A stretch of DNA of 64,000 nucleotides from a virus (Duplodnaviria > Caudoviricetes), in the IMG/VR virus record IMGVR_UViG_3300033463_000080, positions 1 through 64,000 of that record; one strand, written 5' to 3'. The translations under genes and the position numbers were made by a program. The notes under the pieces are model-generated. The model was not told the DNA's origin and searched no databases. It saw only the letters and a program-made list of their open reading frames with translations. Positions 54,870 through 64,000 of the stretch are shown in pieces. How positions within the stretch are numbered: the first letter of the stretch is position 1; each line of letters opens with the position of its first letter.

Positions 54870-57800
54870 ATGGCGATACAGAACGCATCCCTGACGCAAA
54901 TCTACGACCGGCTGCACGGCGTGAGCGGATACCACCCGATGAGCGCGGAAACGTTCTACGACTGGAGCGTTGAAGCGGGGGACGCGGTTACGGTCAGCAG
55001 GGACAACGTGGCATACACCAGTCCGGTGAGCAGCATGAAACTGGTGTGGCGCGGAAGTCCGCAGGTGACGCTGAACGCGGCCGGAAAGCAGGAACGGGAC
55101 TCGGTCACGAAGACGAGCCAGCGGAAGTACGGACGCGGCGGCACGGCCATGCAGATGAACCAGGGCGTGTACAAGGATCTGTACAGCGACGACGGCCGGC
55201 TGCACAGCCAGTTGATGTTTACGGAGTCGAAACTTGAGATCGAGTTTCAGGCGGGGATTGAAAGCACCCGGGTGGACTTCGCCAGCGCGCTGGAATACAC
55301 GGCAAGCCATCTGGAAGTGGAGTTCGCCGCCGGGATCGAGAGTACGCGGGTTGATTTCACCAGCCAACTGGAACTGACGGCCAGCCATCTGGAAACGGAG
55401 TTCGCTGCGGGGATTGAAAGCACGCGGACGGACTTTGCCAGCCAACTGGAAATGACGGCCAGCGCGCTGACGGTGGCGTTCACCGCCGGGATCGAAAGCA
55501 CGCGGACGGATTTCCAGAGCGAACTGGAAATGACAGCCAGCAGCCTGAATGTTGCGATTGCAGATAGTGCCAGTCAGTTGCAGAGCAACATTGACGTTCA
55601 GGCCGGACGGATCAGCCTGGTTGTGACGGACGGATCCAACCCGACGATCAGGGCGGCACAGATTGCTGTTGCGATCAACAGGGACGGAAGTAACGCGTAC
55701 ATCAATGCGGACCACATTCATCTGACAGGCGAAACTACGCTGGACGGGCAACTGACGGTCCAGGACGGATCGCTGCTCGTGAAAACCGCGCTGCTTGTGA
55801 GCGGAACCACCGGCGGAAACGTATCGATCAACAACGGCAAGATTACCGCAAAGAGCCATCAGGTAAACAGTGGCGGCGATATTATCTTCGTCGGCACGGG
55901 AACAGGCGAACATTATGATATCGACGTGAACGTCCTGAAGGGAATGATCAAGAGTTTTTCCGTCAATACGCAGACGAATACGCTGACGCTTGTTCCGTTT
56001 TACGGAGATCCGGTAAATTTTAGCAAAGCTATTTCAACGACACTGACTGGCAGTTGGAGTAGCGCGCATCTGGACGTCCTTGCCAGTCCGCAGAATCAGC
56101 ATTATCACCAGTACATTATTGACAGCGCGACAAAGGAAGATATTGACGGGAACCCCGCCGCAACCGGAGCAAAGTCATGGTATGTTCCGGTTAATTACAA
56201 GAACAATCCGAGCGAAACCGGCATGGGCAATCCGACCGGACTCCGGATTGCCGTCAACGCGACATCCCTGTACAACGCCGGGTGGAACAACGCTTACGGC
56301 CAGTGCGTAATTCCGACAGCGCAGAGCCTGACCAGTGAAACGCTGAACTGCGCATGGCCGAGCAGTTCCGTGGACGGAAGCGCGCTGCCGATCAACTACA
56401 CGATCAACGTAACCCAGACGAGTGCTCAGATCCGCTACGGCACAACGGTCGTCGCCATGAAAGCGCACACGCAGTACGCGGACGGACAGGCATCGGTCAC
56501 GCTGAACGATCCCACATGGACAACGGCACCGAGCGCCAGCATTACCGGCAACAGCAACACGGCAACGGTCACAACGAACGGACGGCCCACGCAGCTGAGT
56601 AAGACCGTGCCGATCTACATGACCCAGGGCAACTGGAGCAGCAACAAGAAGTATGTGTACGCCCATGTGACGAACTCGTCGGACTCCAACCGGATCGCGC
56701 GGCTTGAAGTGGACGCCAGTACGCTGGTGACGAATGCCGGATATTCCGGACGGGCATCAGTTACGCTGCTGGATCCCACATGGACAGCCGCGCCGAATGC
56801 GAACATCACGGTCAGCAACAATACGGCGACGGTCAGCACAACGGGGCGGACGGATACAAGCGGAGCCACGGCGAACCTGAGTAAGACGGTTCCGATTTAC
56901 ATGTCCCAGGGCGACTGGAGCAGCAACAAGAAGTACGTTTACGCGCACGTTACGAACACGAATGCCGGGAACAGGATTACACGGATTCAGGTGGATGCCA
57001 GCACGCTTGTAACCAATGCAGGATATGCAGGACGCGCGGCGGTCACGCTGAACAACCCGACATGGTCCACCACGCCTGGGTCGAGCGTTTCGGTCGGAAA
57101 CAACACGGTTTCCGTTAAGACAAGCGGACGGACGAACACGGCAGGCACCGCAGACGAACAGACAAAGAGCGTTGTGCTGTACCTGAATCAGGATTCCTCA
57201 TTCGACAGCAGCTACAAGAAGTACGTGTACATCACGCACACGGATACTTCCGCATCCCACCGCGTCGCCCGGATCCAGATTGACGCCAGCAATATTGCGA
57301 ACGACCGCTGGAACAGCGGATATGACACGGCCAAAGGATACGTCAGTTGTCCTTCGTCCGCAGCCAGCGGCGGATCCATCACCATCAAAGGCCCGAACGC
57401 AGCGAGAACCGCGTCCGAAAATTACAGGACGTACACGCTGAACAACAACGGAAACAATGAAGTCATCCTGTACACGGTCGTCAACAGTTCCAATGTGACG
57501 GTCGCAAAGATTACGCACAACAAATGGAACAGCGGATACGACACGGCCAAAGGTTATGTTTCTTGCCCGACAGCCGCAGGAACCGGATCCTCGATTACGA
57601 TTAAAGGGCCGAATGCCGCGAGAACCGCGTCTGAAAACTACAGGACATACGCCCTTGCGAACAACGGCAACAACGAGGTTGTGTTGTATACGAGCGTAAA
57701 CGGATCGAATGTTAATGTGGCGAAGTTTACGCACAACAAGTACAACGCAGGCTGGGGAGCGGCTGTTGACAAGACCACCATTCCTTTAAGCGCAAACTGG

Positions 57801-58484
57801 ACAACTAGCATGGTTGTAAAGTATCCAACCAGTACGGTAGGAACCGGAAACCAGGTGACATATGTGATGACGCCAAGCGCGTGGAATGGAAACGTTATTA
57901 CAATGATGGTAAAGGCCGGTGATATATCTGGTACTACCGTTATGGCTCACGATATCAACATCACCGACAAGGTTGCCGCGAGTATCGATATGGCCGGCGG
58001 GTACAACGCGCAGGACTACAATTACTGGTGGTCACCTGAGGAATCCGGCTGGTATATGAATCCCAACATGGTTGCGAAAAATTCAAATGGAACAGCTGTA
58101 TTAACGTATAGAGTTCCGGCGATGAGAGTTCAAAACTTTGCAAATGCTATTGTAGCACAGGGATGGGATGGGTACCGAGCAGATGTAAACTGGGGATTTT
58201 TAGAAGATACGGGAGAAGTATATCGGCCTGCTGCGTGGGGTGTTGGCGGAGCAGAAACCTGGTTCAACGTGACGGACTACGGGTATACAAAGAGCAGTTA
58301 TAGTCACAGCATGACGATTACCCGCGTACCGGCCGGATATACGGATAACAAGGAGTACGTGTACTACGGGAAACTTTATTATTGGGACGAGTTCAACGCG
58401 CGGTACGTGGCAGCATACAGTTCCAACCAGTACTGGTACAGAAGCGGAACCAACAAGAGTGGTTCAACCACTGTTCATTATTAA
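54870..58484 (+). CDS. large tail-tip/host-interaction protein with three kinds of internal repeat
   Basis: 22-aa AGIESTR repeats, about 83-aa beta-rich repeats x3, about 72-aa repeats x2. Confidence 0.75.
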   Translation: MAIQNASLTQIYDRLHGVSGYHPMSAETFYDWSVEAGDAVTVSRDNVAYTSPVSSMKLVWRGSPQVTLNAAGKQERDSVTKTSQRKYGRGGTAMQMNQGVYKDLYSDDGRLHSQLMFTESKLEIEFQAGIESTRVDFASALEYTASHLEVEFAAGIESTRVDFTSQLELTASHLETEFAAGIESTRTDFASQLEMTASALTVAFTAGIESTRTDFQSELEMTASSLNVAIADSASQLQSNIDVQAGRISLVVTDGSNPTIRAAQIAVAINRDGSNAYINADHIHLTGETTLDGQLTVQDGSLLVKTALLVSGTTGGNVSINNGKITAKSHQVNSGGDIIFVGTGTGEHYDIDVNVLKGMIKSFSVNTQTNTLTLVPFYGDPVNFSKAISTTLTGSWSSAHLDVLASPQNQHYHQYIIDSATKEDIDGNPAATGAKSWYVPVNYKNNPSETGMGNPTGLRIAVNATSLYNAGWNNAYGQCVIPTAQSLTSETLNCAWPSSSVDGSALPINYTINVTQTSAQIRYGTTVVAMKAHTQYADGQASVTLNDPTWTTAPSASITGNSNTATVTTNGRPTQLSKTVPIYMTQGNWSSNKKYVYAHVTNSSDSNRIARLEVDASTLVTNAGYSGRASVTLLDPTWTAAPNANITVSNNTATVSTTGRTDTSGATANLSKTVPIYMSQGDWSSNKKYVYAHVTNTNAGNRITRIQVDASTLVTNAGYAGRAAVTLNNPTWSTTPGSSVSVGNNTVSVKTSGRTNTAGTADEQTKSVVLYLNQDSSFDSSYKKYVYITHTDTSASHRVARIQIDASNIANDRWNSGYDTAKGYVSCPSSAASGGSITIKGPNAARTASENYRTYTLNNNGNNEVILYTVVNSSNVTVAKITHNKWNSGYDTAKGYVSCPTAAGTGSSITIKGPNAARTASENYRTYALANNGNNEVVLYTSVNGSNVNVAKFTHNKYNAGWGAAVDKTTIPLSANWTTSMVVKYPTSTVGTGNQVTYVMTPSAWNGNVITMMVKAGDISGTTVMAHDINITDKVAASIDMAGGYNAQDYNYWWSPEESGWYMNPNMVAKNSNGTAVLTYRVPAMRVQNFANAIVAQGWDGYRADVNWGFLEDTGEVYRPAAWGVGGAETWFNVTDYGYTKSSYSHSMTITRVPAGYTDNKEYVYYGKLYYWDEFNARYVAAYSSNQYWYRSGTNKSGSTTVHY

Positions 58485-58498
58485 GGAGGGACAACAAA

Positions 58499-58768
58499 AT
58501 GGAGAATCAGATTACGGTAGAACAGGCGCTGGAGATCACGATCAACATGCTGAAGGATATTAATGTTCCCGTCAGTATGCTGGAGCAGATCGGGTTTCCG
58601 ATCAGCAGGGCAATCGGCAACCTGGCGCAATGCGTTGAAGCGATCCGGCGCGACCAGGCGAAGGCGCAGGATCCGGTGGAACAGGAAAAACCGGAGTTCG
58701 TTGACGCAGGTTTTGAGGAGAACAAGGAAAACCTGCCCAAGGCAGACAAAACGATTGAGGTTTCATAA
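58499..58768 (+). CDS. hypothetical tail-associated protein
   Basis: GGAGG RBS. Confidence 0.6.
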   Translation: MENQITVEQALEITINMLKDINVPVSMLEQIGFPISRAIGNLAQCVEAIRRDQAKAQDPVEQEKPEFVDAGFEENKENLPKADKTIEVS

Positions 58769-58797
58769 TCAATCCACGGAAAAGGGGGAATCTACTC

Positions 58798-61236
58798 ATG
58801 ATTGTTGACGCGAAGAAAGGCGCACCGTCCGCTGAGATCGGCCGGATCGGCGAGAACAACGCGCGGCAGATGCGGTTCTATGTCGGCGACGTGCTGGAAG
58901 AGCATCCGGACGCGATATTCAACCTGCTGAACAAGCGCCCGAAGGACACCGTTGCATACCCAGTCGCCAGCGCGAACATCCGGATTGAGGAAGGGTATCT
59001 GTACTGGACGCTCCAGAGCGCGGACATGGCGCAGAAGGGGAACGGCAAGTGCCAGCTGATCGTGCTGGACGGCGAGACAATTGTCAAAAGCACGATCTAT
59101 AACACGTTTATCGGCGACGCGCTCGACGGCAGCGGTACTCCCCCTGAACCGTGGGTCAGCTGGGTGGAGGAAGTACTGGAAGCGGCAGAGGAAGCGAAGG
59201 ACGCGGCGGCGATGCTGGAGAACTGCTCCGCCGAAGCGGAAACGCTGCCGCCGGGGACTCCGGCAACGGCCAGTTACGAGGACGGGGTGTTCCATTTCGG
59301 GATTCCGAACGGAGATCCTTCCGCGATCATCAACGACGAAGCGGGAGAAGGCGTTACCGGGCAGACTTGGAGTGCGAACAAGCTGATCGGGCAGTTCGGC
59401 GGGAAAGCGGACAAGGCGGACACCGTACTGGACACCACGCTCAGTGGTGGAAGAAAAAGCGGTACGACTGTTGGAAGCGGGAGTGTTGCATTCGGTCAGA
59501 ATGTGGAAGCAAGCGGATCGTATTCACAAGCGTTTGGTGTTGATTCTAAGGCAACCAATTTGGCGTGTCATGCCGATGGTTTTAATACGACCGCGTCAGG
59601 ATATCAAGGCGATCACGCTGAGGGTTTCGGTACGACCGCATCTGGCGGACAAGGCGCACACGCGGAAGGGTATATGACGATTGCGTCCGGTATGCGCGGA
59701 TCTCATGCGGAAGGAAATCAAACGCAAGCATTGGGCGGTGGGAGTCACGCGGAAGGACTTAAAACAATCGCATATGGTTCTTATAGCCATGCGGAAGGAC
59801 GTGAAACAAAAGCAGTCAGCGTTGGATGTCATGCGGGCGGATATTTTAATGTAGAAGAAAAAACGATTGAAGAGTGGGATGAGTTTTCAAGAGCAAATAG
59901 CTATAATGTCGGTGAAAGAGTTAAAGTCACTTCTGGTACGGCCCCCTCAGAAACAGTAAAAGGCTACGAATGTATAACGCCTGTGACACCCGGATATTCA
60001 TTTAATCCGTCAAAGTGGAAAGTTATCAGTAGCATTGCTGATTTTCTTGAAATTATCGGCAACGGAACGAGTAACAGCAAATCGAATGCAAGACAATTAG
60101 ATAAGTATGGCAATGAACGCCTTATGGGCGATGTATATGTCGGATGCAACGCGGATTCTTCCGGTGGCAGCAAGCTGGCGAAGGTCAGCGAAATCATTCC
60201 GGCAACCGAAAAGGGATCTGCAAACGGTGTTGCATCGCTTGATGCGGGCGGCAAGGTTCCTGCATCCCAGCTTCCGTCCTACGTGGACGACATCGTGAAC
60301 GGCTACTACGACGACGGCCACTTCTACGAGGACAGCCAGCACACCACGGAGATTACGGGCGAGGATGGAAAAATCTATGTAGACCTTCCGACCAACACCA
60401 CCTGGCGGTGGAGCGGGGAAGCGTTCGTGCAGATCAAGGGCGACCTGGCGCTCGGCGAAACAAGCGATACAGCATATCGCGGCGACCGTGGCAAGATGGC
60501 ATACGACCACGCGTCGGACGCGAACCGAATCACCACGGCGCAGATGAGTGGCCTGTACAAGATTGCTGTTACAGGCGAAGGGCATGTGCAGAGCGTTACG
60601 CCGGTTGAAAAGAACGATATTACGGCACTGGGAATTCCGGGGCAGGACTCGCTTTCAGCAGGGTATTATTCAAGCTATACCCGGAATGCTATGGGGAATC
60701 AAGTGAATTATGTCCTGACGATAAAGTTTACGGATTATCGCCTGCGGGAGAATAACGCGTTCATGGTCGTATTTCCGCAAAATTTCGCAACGAGCGGGGA
60801 TACAAGCAGTAATTATGTAACCATTAGCCTAAATATCAACAGCACCGGGGCAAAAACAACATATATCAACGGTGTTTCCGGAGGACTCGGATACGCAGTA
60901 TCCATCTCCGCTGGCGTATACTGGGTATATTATGACGGGACATATTATTACCTGCGGAAAGACGGTCTTTCCACGCCGAAAATCAATGGCAAAGCTGTCG
61001 GAAACGCTATTGCGAAGGACGTTGATACCAGCGTTTCGGAAGGCTCCACCAGTACAAACCTCCCGACTTCTCAGGCTGTGGCAACACTTGTAAGCACGAA
61101 AGCGAGTAAGGATACTGCCACGCAGAGCGCTGACGGTCTGATGAGTTCCACGGACAAGACGAAACTGGACGGAATTGATATTGCCACAACCGCCGAGACA
61201 CAGGCGATCATTGATGAATATGGGGTGAGCGCATGA
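58798..61236 (+). CDS. tail fibre/RBP, BppU-like N-terminus and YadA-like (ASGxxSHAEG) repeats
   Basis: IGRIGENNARQMRF...; about seven 14-aa xHAEG repeats. Confidence 0.75.
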   Translation: MIVDAKKGAPSAEIGRIGENNARQMRFYVGDVLEEHPDAIFNLLNKRPKDTVAYPVASANIRIEEGYLYWTLQSADMAQKGNGKCQLIVLDGETIVKSTIYNTFIGDALDGSGTPPEPWVSWVEEVLEAAEEAKDAAAMLENCSAEAETLPPGTPATASYEDGVFHFGIPNGDPSAIINDEAGEGVTGQTWSANKLIGQFGGKADKADTVLDTTLSGGRKSGTTVGSGSVAFGQNVEASGSYSQAFGVDSKATNLACHADGFNTTASGYQGDHAEGFGTTASGGQGAHAEGYMTIASGMRGSHAEGNQTQALGGGSHAEGLKTIAYGSYSHAEGRETKAVSVGCHAGGYFNVEEKTIEEWDEFSRANSYNVGERVKVTSGTAPSETVKGYECITPVTPGYSFNPSKWKVISSIADFLEIIGNGTSNSKSNARQLDKYGNERLMGDVYVGCNADSSGGSKLAKVSEIIPATEKGSANGVASLDAGGKVPASQLPSYVDDIVNGYYDDGHFYEDSQHTTEITGEDGKIYVDLPTNTTWRWSGEAFVQIKGDLALGETSDTAYRGDRGKMAYDHASDANRITTAQMSGLYKIAVTGEGHVQSVTPVEKNDITALGIPGQDSLSAGYYSSYTRNAMGNQVNYVLTIKFTDYRLRENNAFMVVFPQNFATSGDTSSNYVTISLNINSTGAKTTYINGVSGGLGYAVSISAGVYWVYYDGTYYYLRKDGLSTPKINGKAVGNAIAKDVDTSVSEGSTSTNLPTSQAVATLVSTKASKDTATQSADGLMSSTDKTKLDGIDIATTAETQAIIDEYGVSA

Positions 61237-63095
61237 GTATCGAAACAAATAAACTGGTAAACCTTGGGGATGCGCAGGTATTGTACAATGATCTGCGTGG
61301 ACGGGTAGACGGCAAGGCGAACGCTATTGCCGTTGCAGATAATACTTCCGAAGCGGTCAAGACGATCACGGATGGGTCAGACGGTATGCCGATGGAAGTG
61401 AGCGTAGGGATCGAACCCGTGCAGGATCTGCACGGGTATGAGTATCCGTGGCCTGCGGGGGGTGGGAAGAACCTGTTTGGCAATGGTGATCAGACTATAA
61501 CTACTGCAAAATACCAAAGGTGCGATTTAGTAAAACCGTTGCCTGTTGGAGACTATGTTGTCTCTGCCGTTGTTGTAAGCGATGATATAGATGCTTCAAC
61601 TTGCAGAATTGGATTCTATAACAGTAATGAAGAAGTAGCGGGAACAGCAATACTGTTAAACAGGAATGTACGTTCTTCTGCAACGGTTACATTGGAATCC
61701 GAGTGTACTTTTATATACTTATATACATCGGACACTGCTGTGCATGGCGCAGGAGACAGCGCAACATACACGGACATCCAGATCGAATCCGGTTCTACTG
61801 CCACTACCTATGCCCCCTACTCCAACATCTGCCCGATCAGCGGATGGGATCAGGCGAAGGTGACGAGGACGGGGAAGAATCTGTATGATGGAATTATAAT
61901 TAGTGGATATATCTCTGATGATGGGACAGAAGGAATAGACAATGCGAATATGCACTCTAATCCAATCAAAGTTAATCCCGGCGATAATTATGTCTATTCT
62001 CTTACATCAAATACTTCACAGTCCGTAAACAGACGGATTCACGCTTATGACAAGAACGGGAATTGGTTGCAAATGATTAGCAAAAACGTAACAAGCGGTA
62101 CCGGACACAAGGAGTTCCCGTTTACTGTTCCTAATAATGCACAATATGTAAAGGTGCAATTTAGGGGTGGAAGTATAGCTGATACAAATATTCAGATTGA
62201 ATCTGGTGCATCTTTTACATCATATGAAGAACCATTTGCCACCACCTACTCTATCACCTTCCCGACACCTCCCGGCACAGTATACGGCGGTACGCTGACG
62301 GTGTATAAGGACGGGACGGGGAAACTGGTGGTGGCCCATGTTGATGCCGATTTGGGGATGCTTTCTGGAACGTGGTCAACAGATGGACTTCCGTTATCAT
62401 CGAATGATGGCATTAGCACGGTTGTTAAAAAGCCTACAAATGCAACAAAAATAGACGCTATATGTTCACAGTATTCTGTTTTCTCCCGAAATGGCATTGA
62501 TTCTGAAAACATCGGTATCTGTGTAAACTATACAGGGAAAGTTATTGTAAAAGATTCTGCGCTTGTTGGGAAAACGGCACAAGAGATTGCAACATATCTT
62601 ACAGGAGCGCATTTTGTCTATCCGCTTGATACCCCCGTAGAGTACACCCTCACCGCACAGCAGATCACATCCCTGTTGGGGACGAACAACATCTGGGCAG
62701 ACACGGGTAACGTACTCAGCCTGTCCTATGACAAACCTAATACCTCAGGCATGGCATCGTCCCTGTCCTATGGTAACCGCATCCTCCCTGTGGACGGGAA
62801 AGGGAATATCATTGTTGACGAAATCGCAGTAATCACCGAAACCGTCAGCGGTACTACCCCGACCATCACAGGCGTAGCAAACCATCGGTACATCTGCGGT
62901 GAGTGCAGTACGCTGAGTATCACTCCCCCGTCCTCTGGCGTGATTGATGTCATCTTTGAGTCCGGTTCTACCGCTACGGTGCTGACACTCCCGAACACGG
63001 TTAAAATGCCCGAATGGTTTGAGGTGGAAGCAGACAAGACATACGAGATCAACATCATGGACGGGGTATACGGGAGCGTGATGGCATGGGCATGA
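61233..63095 (+). CDS. tail fibre/adsorption protein with CBM-like modules
   Basis: GGGKNL / YAPYSNICPISGW / RTGKNL linkers around variable beta-rich domains; QIESG motifs. Confidence 0.7.
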   Translation: MSIETNKLVNLGDAQVLYNDLRGRVDGKANAIAVADNTSEAVKTITDGSDGMPMEVSVGIEPVQDLHGYEYPWPAGGGKNLFGNGDQTITTAKYQRCDLVKPLPVGDYVVSAVVVSDDIDASTCRIGFYNSNEEVAGTAILLNRNVRSSATVTLESECTFIYLYTSDTAVHGAGDSATYTDIQIESGSTATTYAPYSNICPISGWDQAKVTRTGKNLYDGIIISGYISDDGTEGIDNANMHSNPIKVNPGDNYVYSLTSNTSQSVNRRIHAYDKNGNWLQMISKNVTSGTGHKEFPFTVPNNAQYVKVQFRGGSIADTNIQIESGASFTSYEEPFATTYSITFPTPPGTVYGGTLTVYKDGTGKLVVAHVDADLGMLSGTWSTDGLPLSSNDGISTVVKKPTNATKIDAICSQYSVFSRNGIDSENIGICVNYTGKVIVKDSALVGKTAQEIATYLTGAHFVYPLDTPVEYTLTAQQITSLLGTNNIWADTGNVLSLSYDKPNTSGMASSLSYGNRILPVDGKGNIIVDEIAVITETVSGTTPTITGVANHRYICGECSTLSITPPSSGVIDVIFESGSTATVLTLPNTVKMPEWFEVEADKTYEINIMDGVYGSVMAWA

Positions 63096-64000
63096 TGAAT
63101 ATCCGCAGACGGATCATTCTGAGTAATCCGCACATCGAAACGGCAAGCGGTGATGTGGCGAGTTTCAGCACGGGACTTACTCTGCCTGTTAAGCAGTTGG
63201 TTGTGGGGATTGAGCCTGTGCAGAGTGGCGAAGGTGATCCGTACCCGCCGGGGGGTGGGAAAAACAAATACAACCTTCCAGAAACAATGTCCGGTGATTA
63301 TTCTGTGTCCGATGGAGTAGTAACAATTAGTAAAGCATATGCAACAAGTGGCGTAACGATTGATAATTTTAATATGTCTGGGTTTAATGGGCAGACAGTA
63401 ACAATATCAGCAGATGTTATGATCACACAAGACGGGGAAGATACCGGTCGGTACGTTCGTATTGGAATGAGAGGAACAACAGGAAGTGGTGGATATACGA
63501 GTAACAACGTTCGTCCGAGTTCTTTTAATTCATATCAGCGGTTGAGTTCCACGATAACGATTGACAGCGACTCCGCATATCTTGCAATTCAACCAAACAG
63601 CGTGGATCATACAGTGTATTTTAAGAATGTACAGATTGAACTTGGTTCATCTGCAACATCCTATGCTCCCTACTCCAACATCCGTCCCATCAGCGGTTGG
63701 ACGGGGTGCAATGTTGTAAGGACGGGGAAGAATCTGTTAGACAGAAGCACGGAAGAAATGTACGCCATAAAAGCAGATGGGACGTTTGGAACAAACGAAT
63801 TATTTCGTCACTCACAATTAATTCCTGTTAAGGTTGGCGAAAAATATACTATTTCGCTGAATGCTGTTGTGGCAGATCAATGGCATCGTATTATTCAGTA
63901 CGATCAAAGCGGGAATTATATTGATCAGCTATTTGGGTTTCTACCTTCTTCCGGAAGTTATAATGCGACAGTTACAATCCCGCTTGGTACAAGTTATATC
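63092..64000 (+). CDS. second tail fibre/adsorption protein, 3' truncated by the window end
   Basis: ATGA overlap; MMNIRRRIILSNPHIE...GIEPVQ...GGGKN...YAPYSNIRPISGW...RTGKNL; no stop seen; absent from the ORF track. Confidence 0.7.
   Translation, partial: MMNIRRRIILSNPHIETASGDVASFSTGLTLPVKQLVVGIEPVQSGEGDPYPPGGGKNKYNLPETMSGDYSVSDGVVTISKAYATSGVTIDNFNMSGFNGQTVTISADVMITQDGEDTGRYVRIGMRGTTGSGGYTSNNVRPSSFNSYQRLSSTITIDSDSAYLAIQPNSVDHTVYFKNVQIELGSSATSYAPYSNIRPISGWTGCNVVRTGKNLLDRSTEEMYAIKADGTFGTNELFRHSQLIPVKVGEKYTISLNAVVADQWHRIIQYDQSGNYIDQLFGFLPSSGSYNATVTIPLGTSYI

Noticed and set aside
55230-55540. 66-bp tandem repeats as a CRISPR array
   Set aside because: In-frame coding repeats with no unique spacers.
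58300-58484. Aromatic/Asn-rich C-terminus of the tail-tip protein as a DGR variable region
   Set aside because: I found no adenine-variant template repeat and no reverse transcriptase in the window; cannot be excluded for the rest of the genome.

Overview
This window is about 64 kb of a long-tailed, siphovirus-type dsDNA phage, probably infecting a Clostridia-like Firmicute (inferred from sigmaA promoters, GGAGG RBSs and gene families). Layout: (1) 1-24.7 kb, plus strand: recombination/replication module (RecE/RecT-like pair, SSB, resolvase, SF2 helicase, CHC2 Zn-finger, DUF927 helicase, iteron origin), two clusters of tiny accessory genes, thyX, a SpoU methyltransferase, glycosyltransferases and a terminase small subunit. 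(2) 25.2-33.7 kb, minus strand: an early-type operon of small genes. (3) 33.9-64 kb, plus strand: XRE regulator, terminase large subunit, head, tail and tail-fibre genes; the last gene runs off the window end. I recognised no integrase, DNA polymerase, lysis genes, tRNA, CRISPR array or reverse transcriptase. Highlights: (a) seven conserved imperfect hairpins separate the early genes, each starting at the upstream stop codon and folding better on the non-coding strand, like integron attC sites; (b) an unrelated junction repeat (ACTTAAAGG...TGACGCAATAAGT) delimits AT-rich mini-gene cassettes; (c) an ORF-less group I intron splits the major tail protein gene; (d) two free-standing HNH genes are flanked by a recoded duplicate of the 3' end of the gene they follow; (e) a glycosyltransferase lies inside the capsid module. 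All calls come from reading the sequence by eye; no searches were run.
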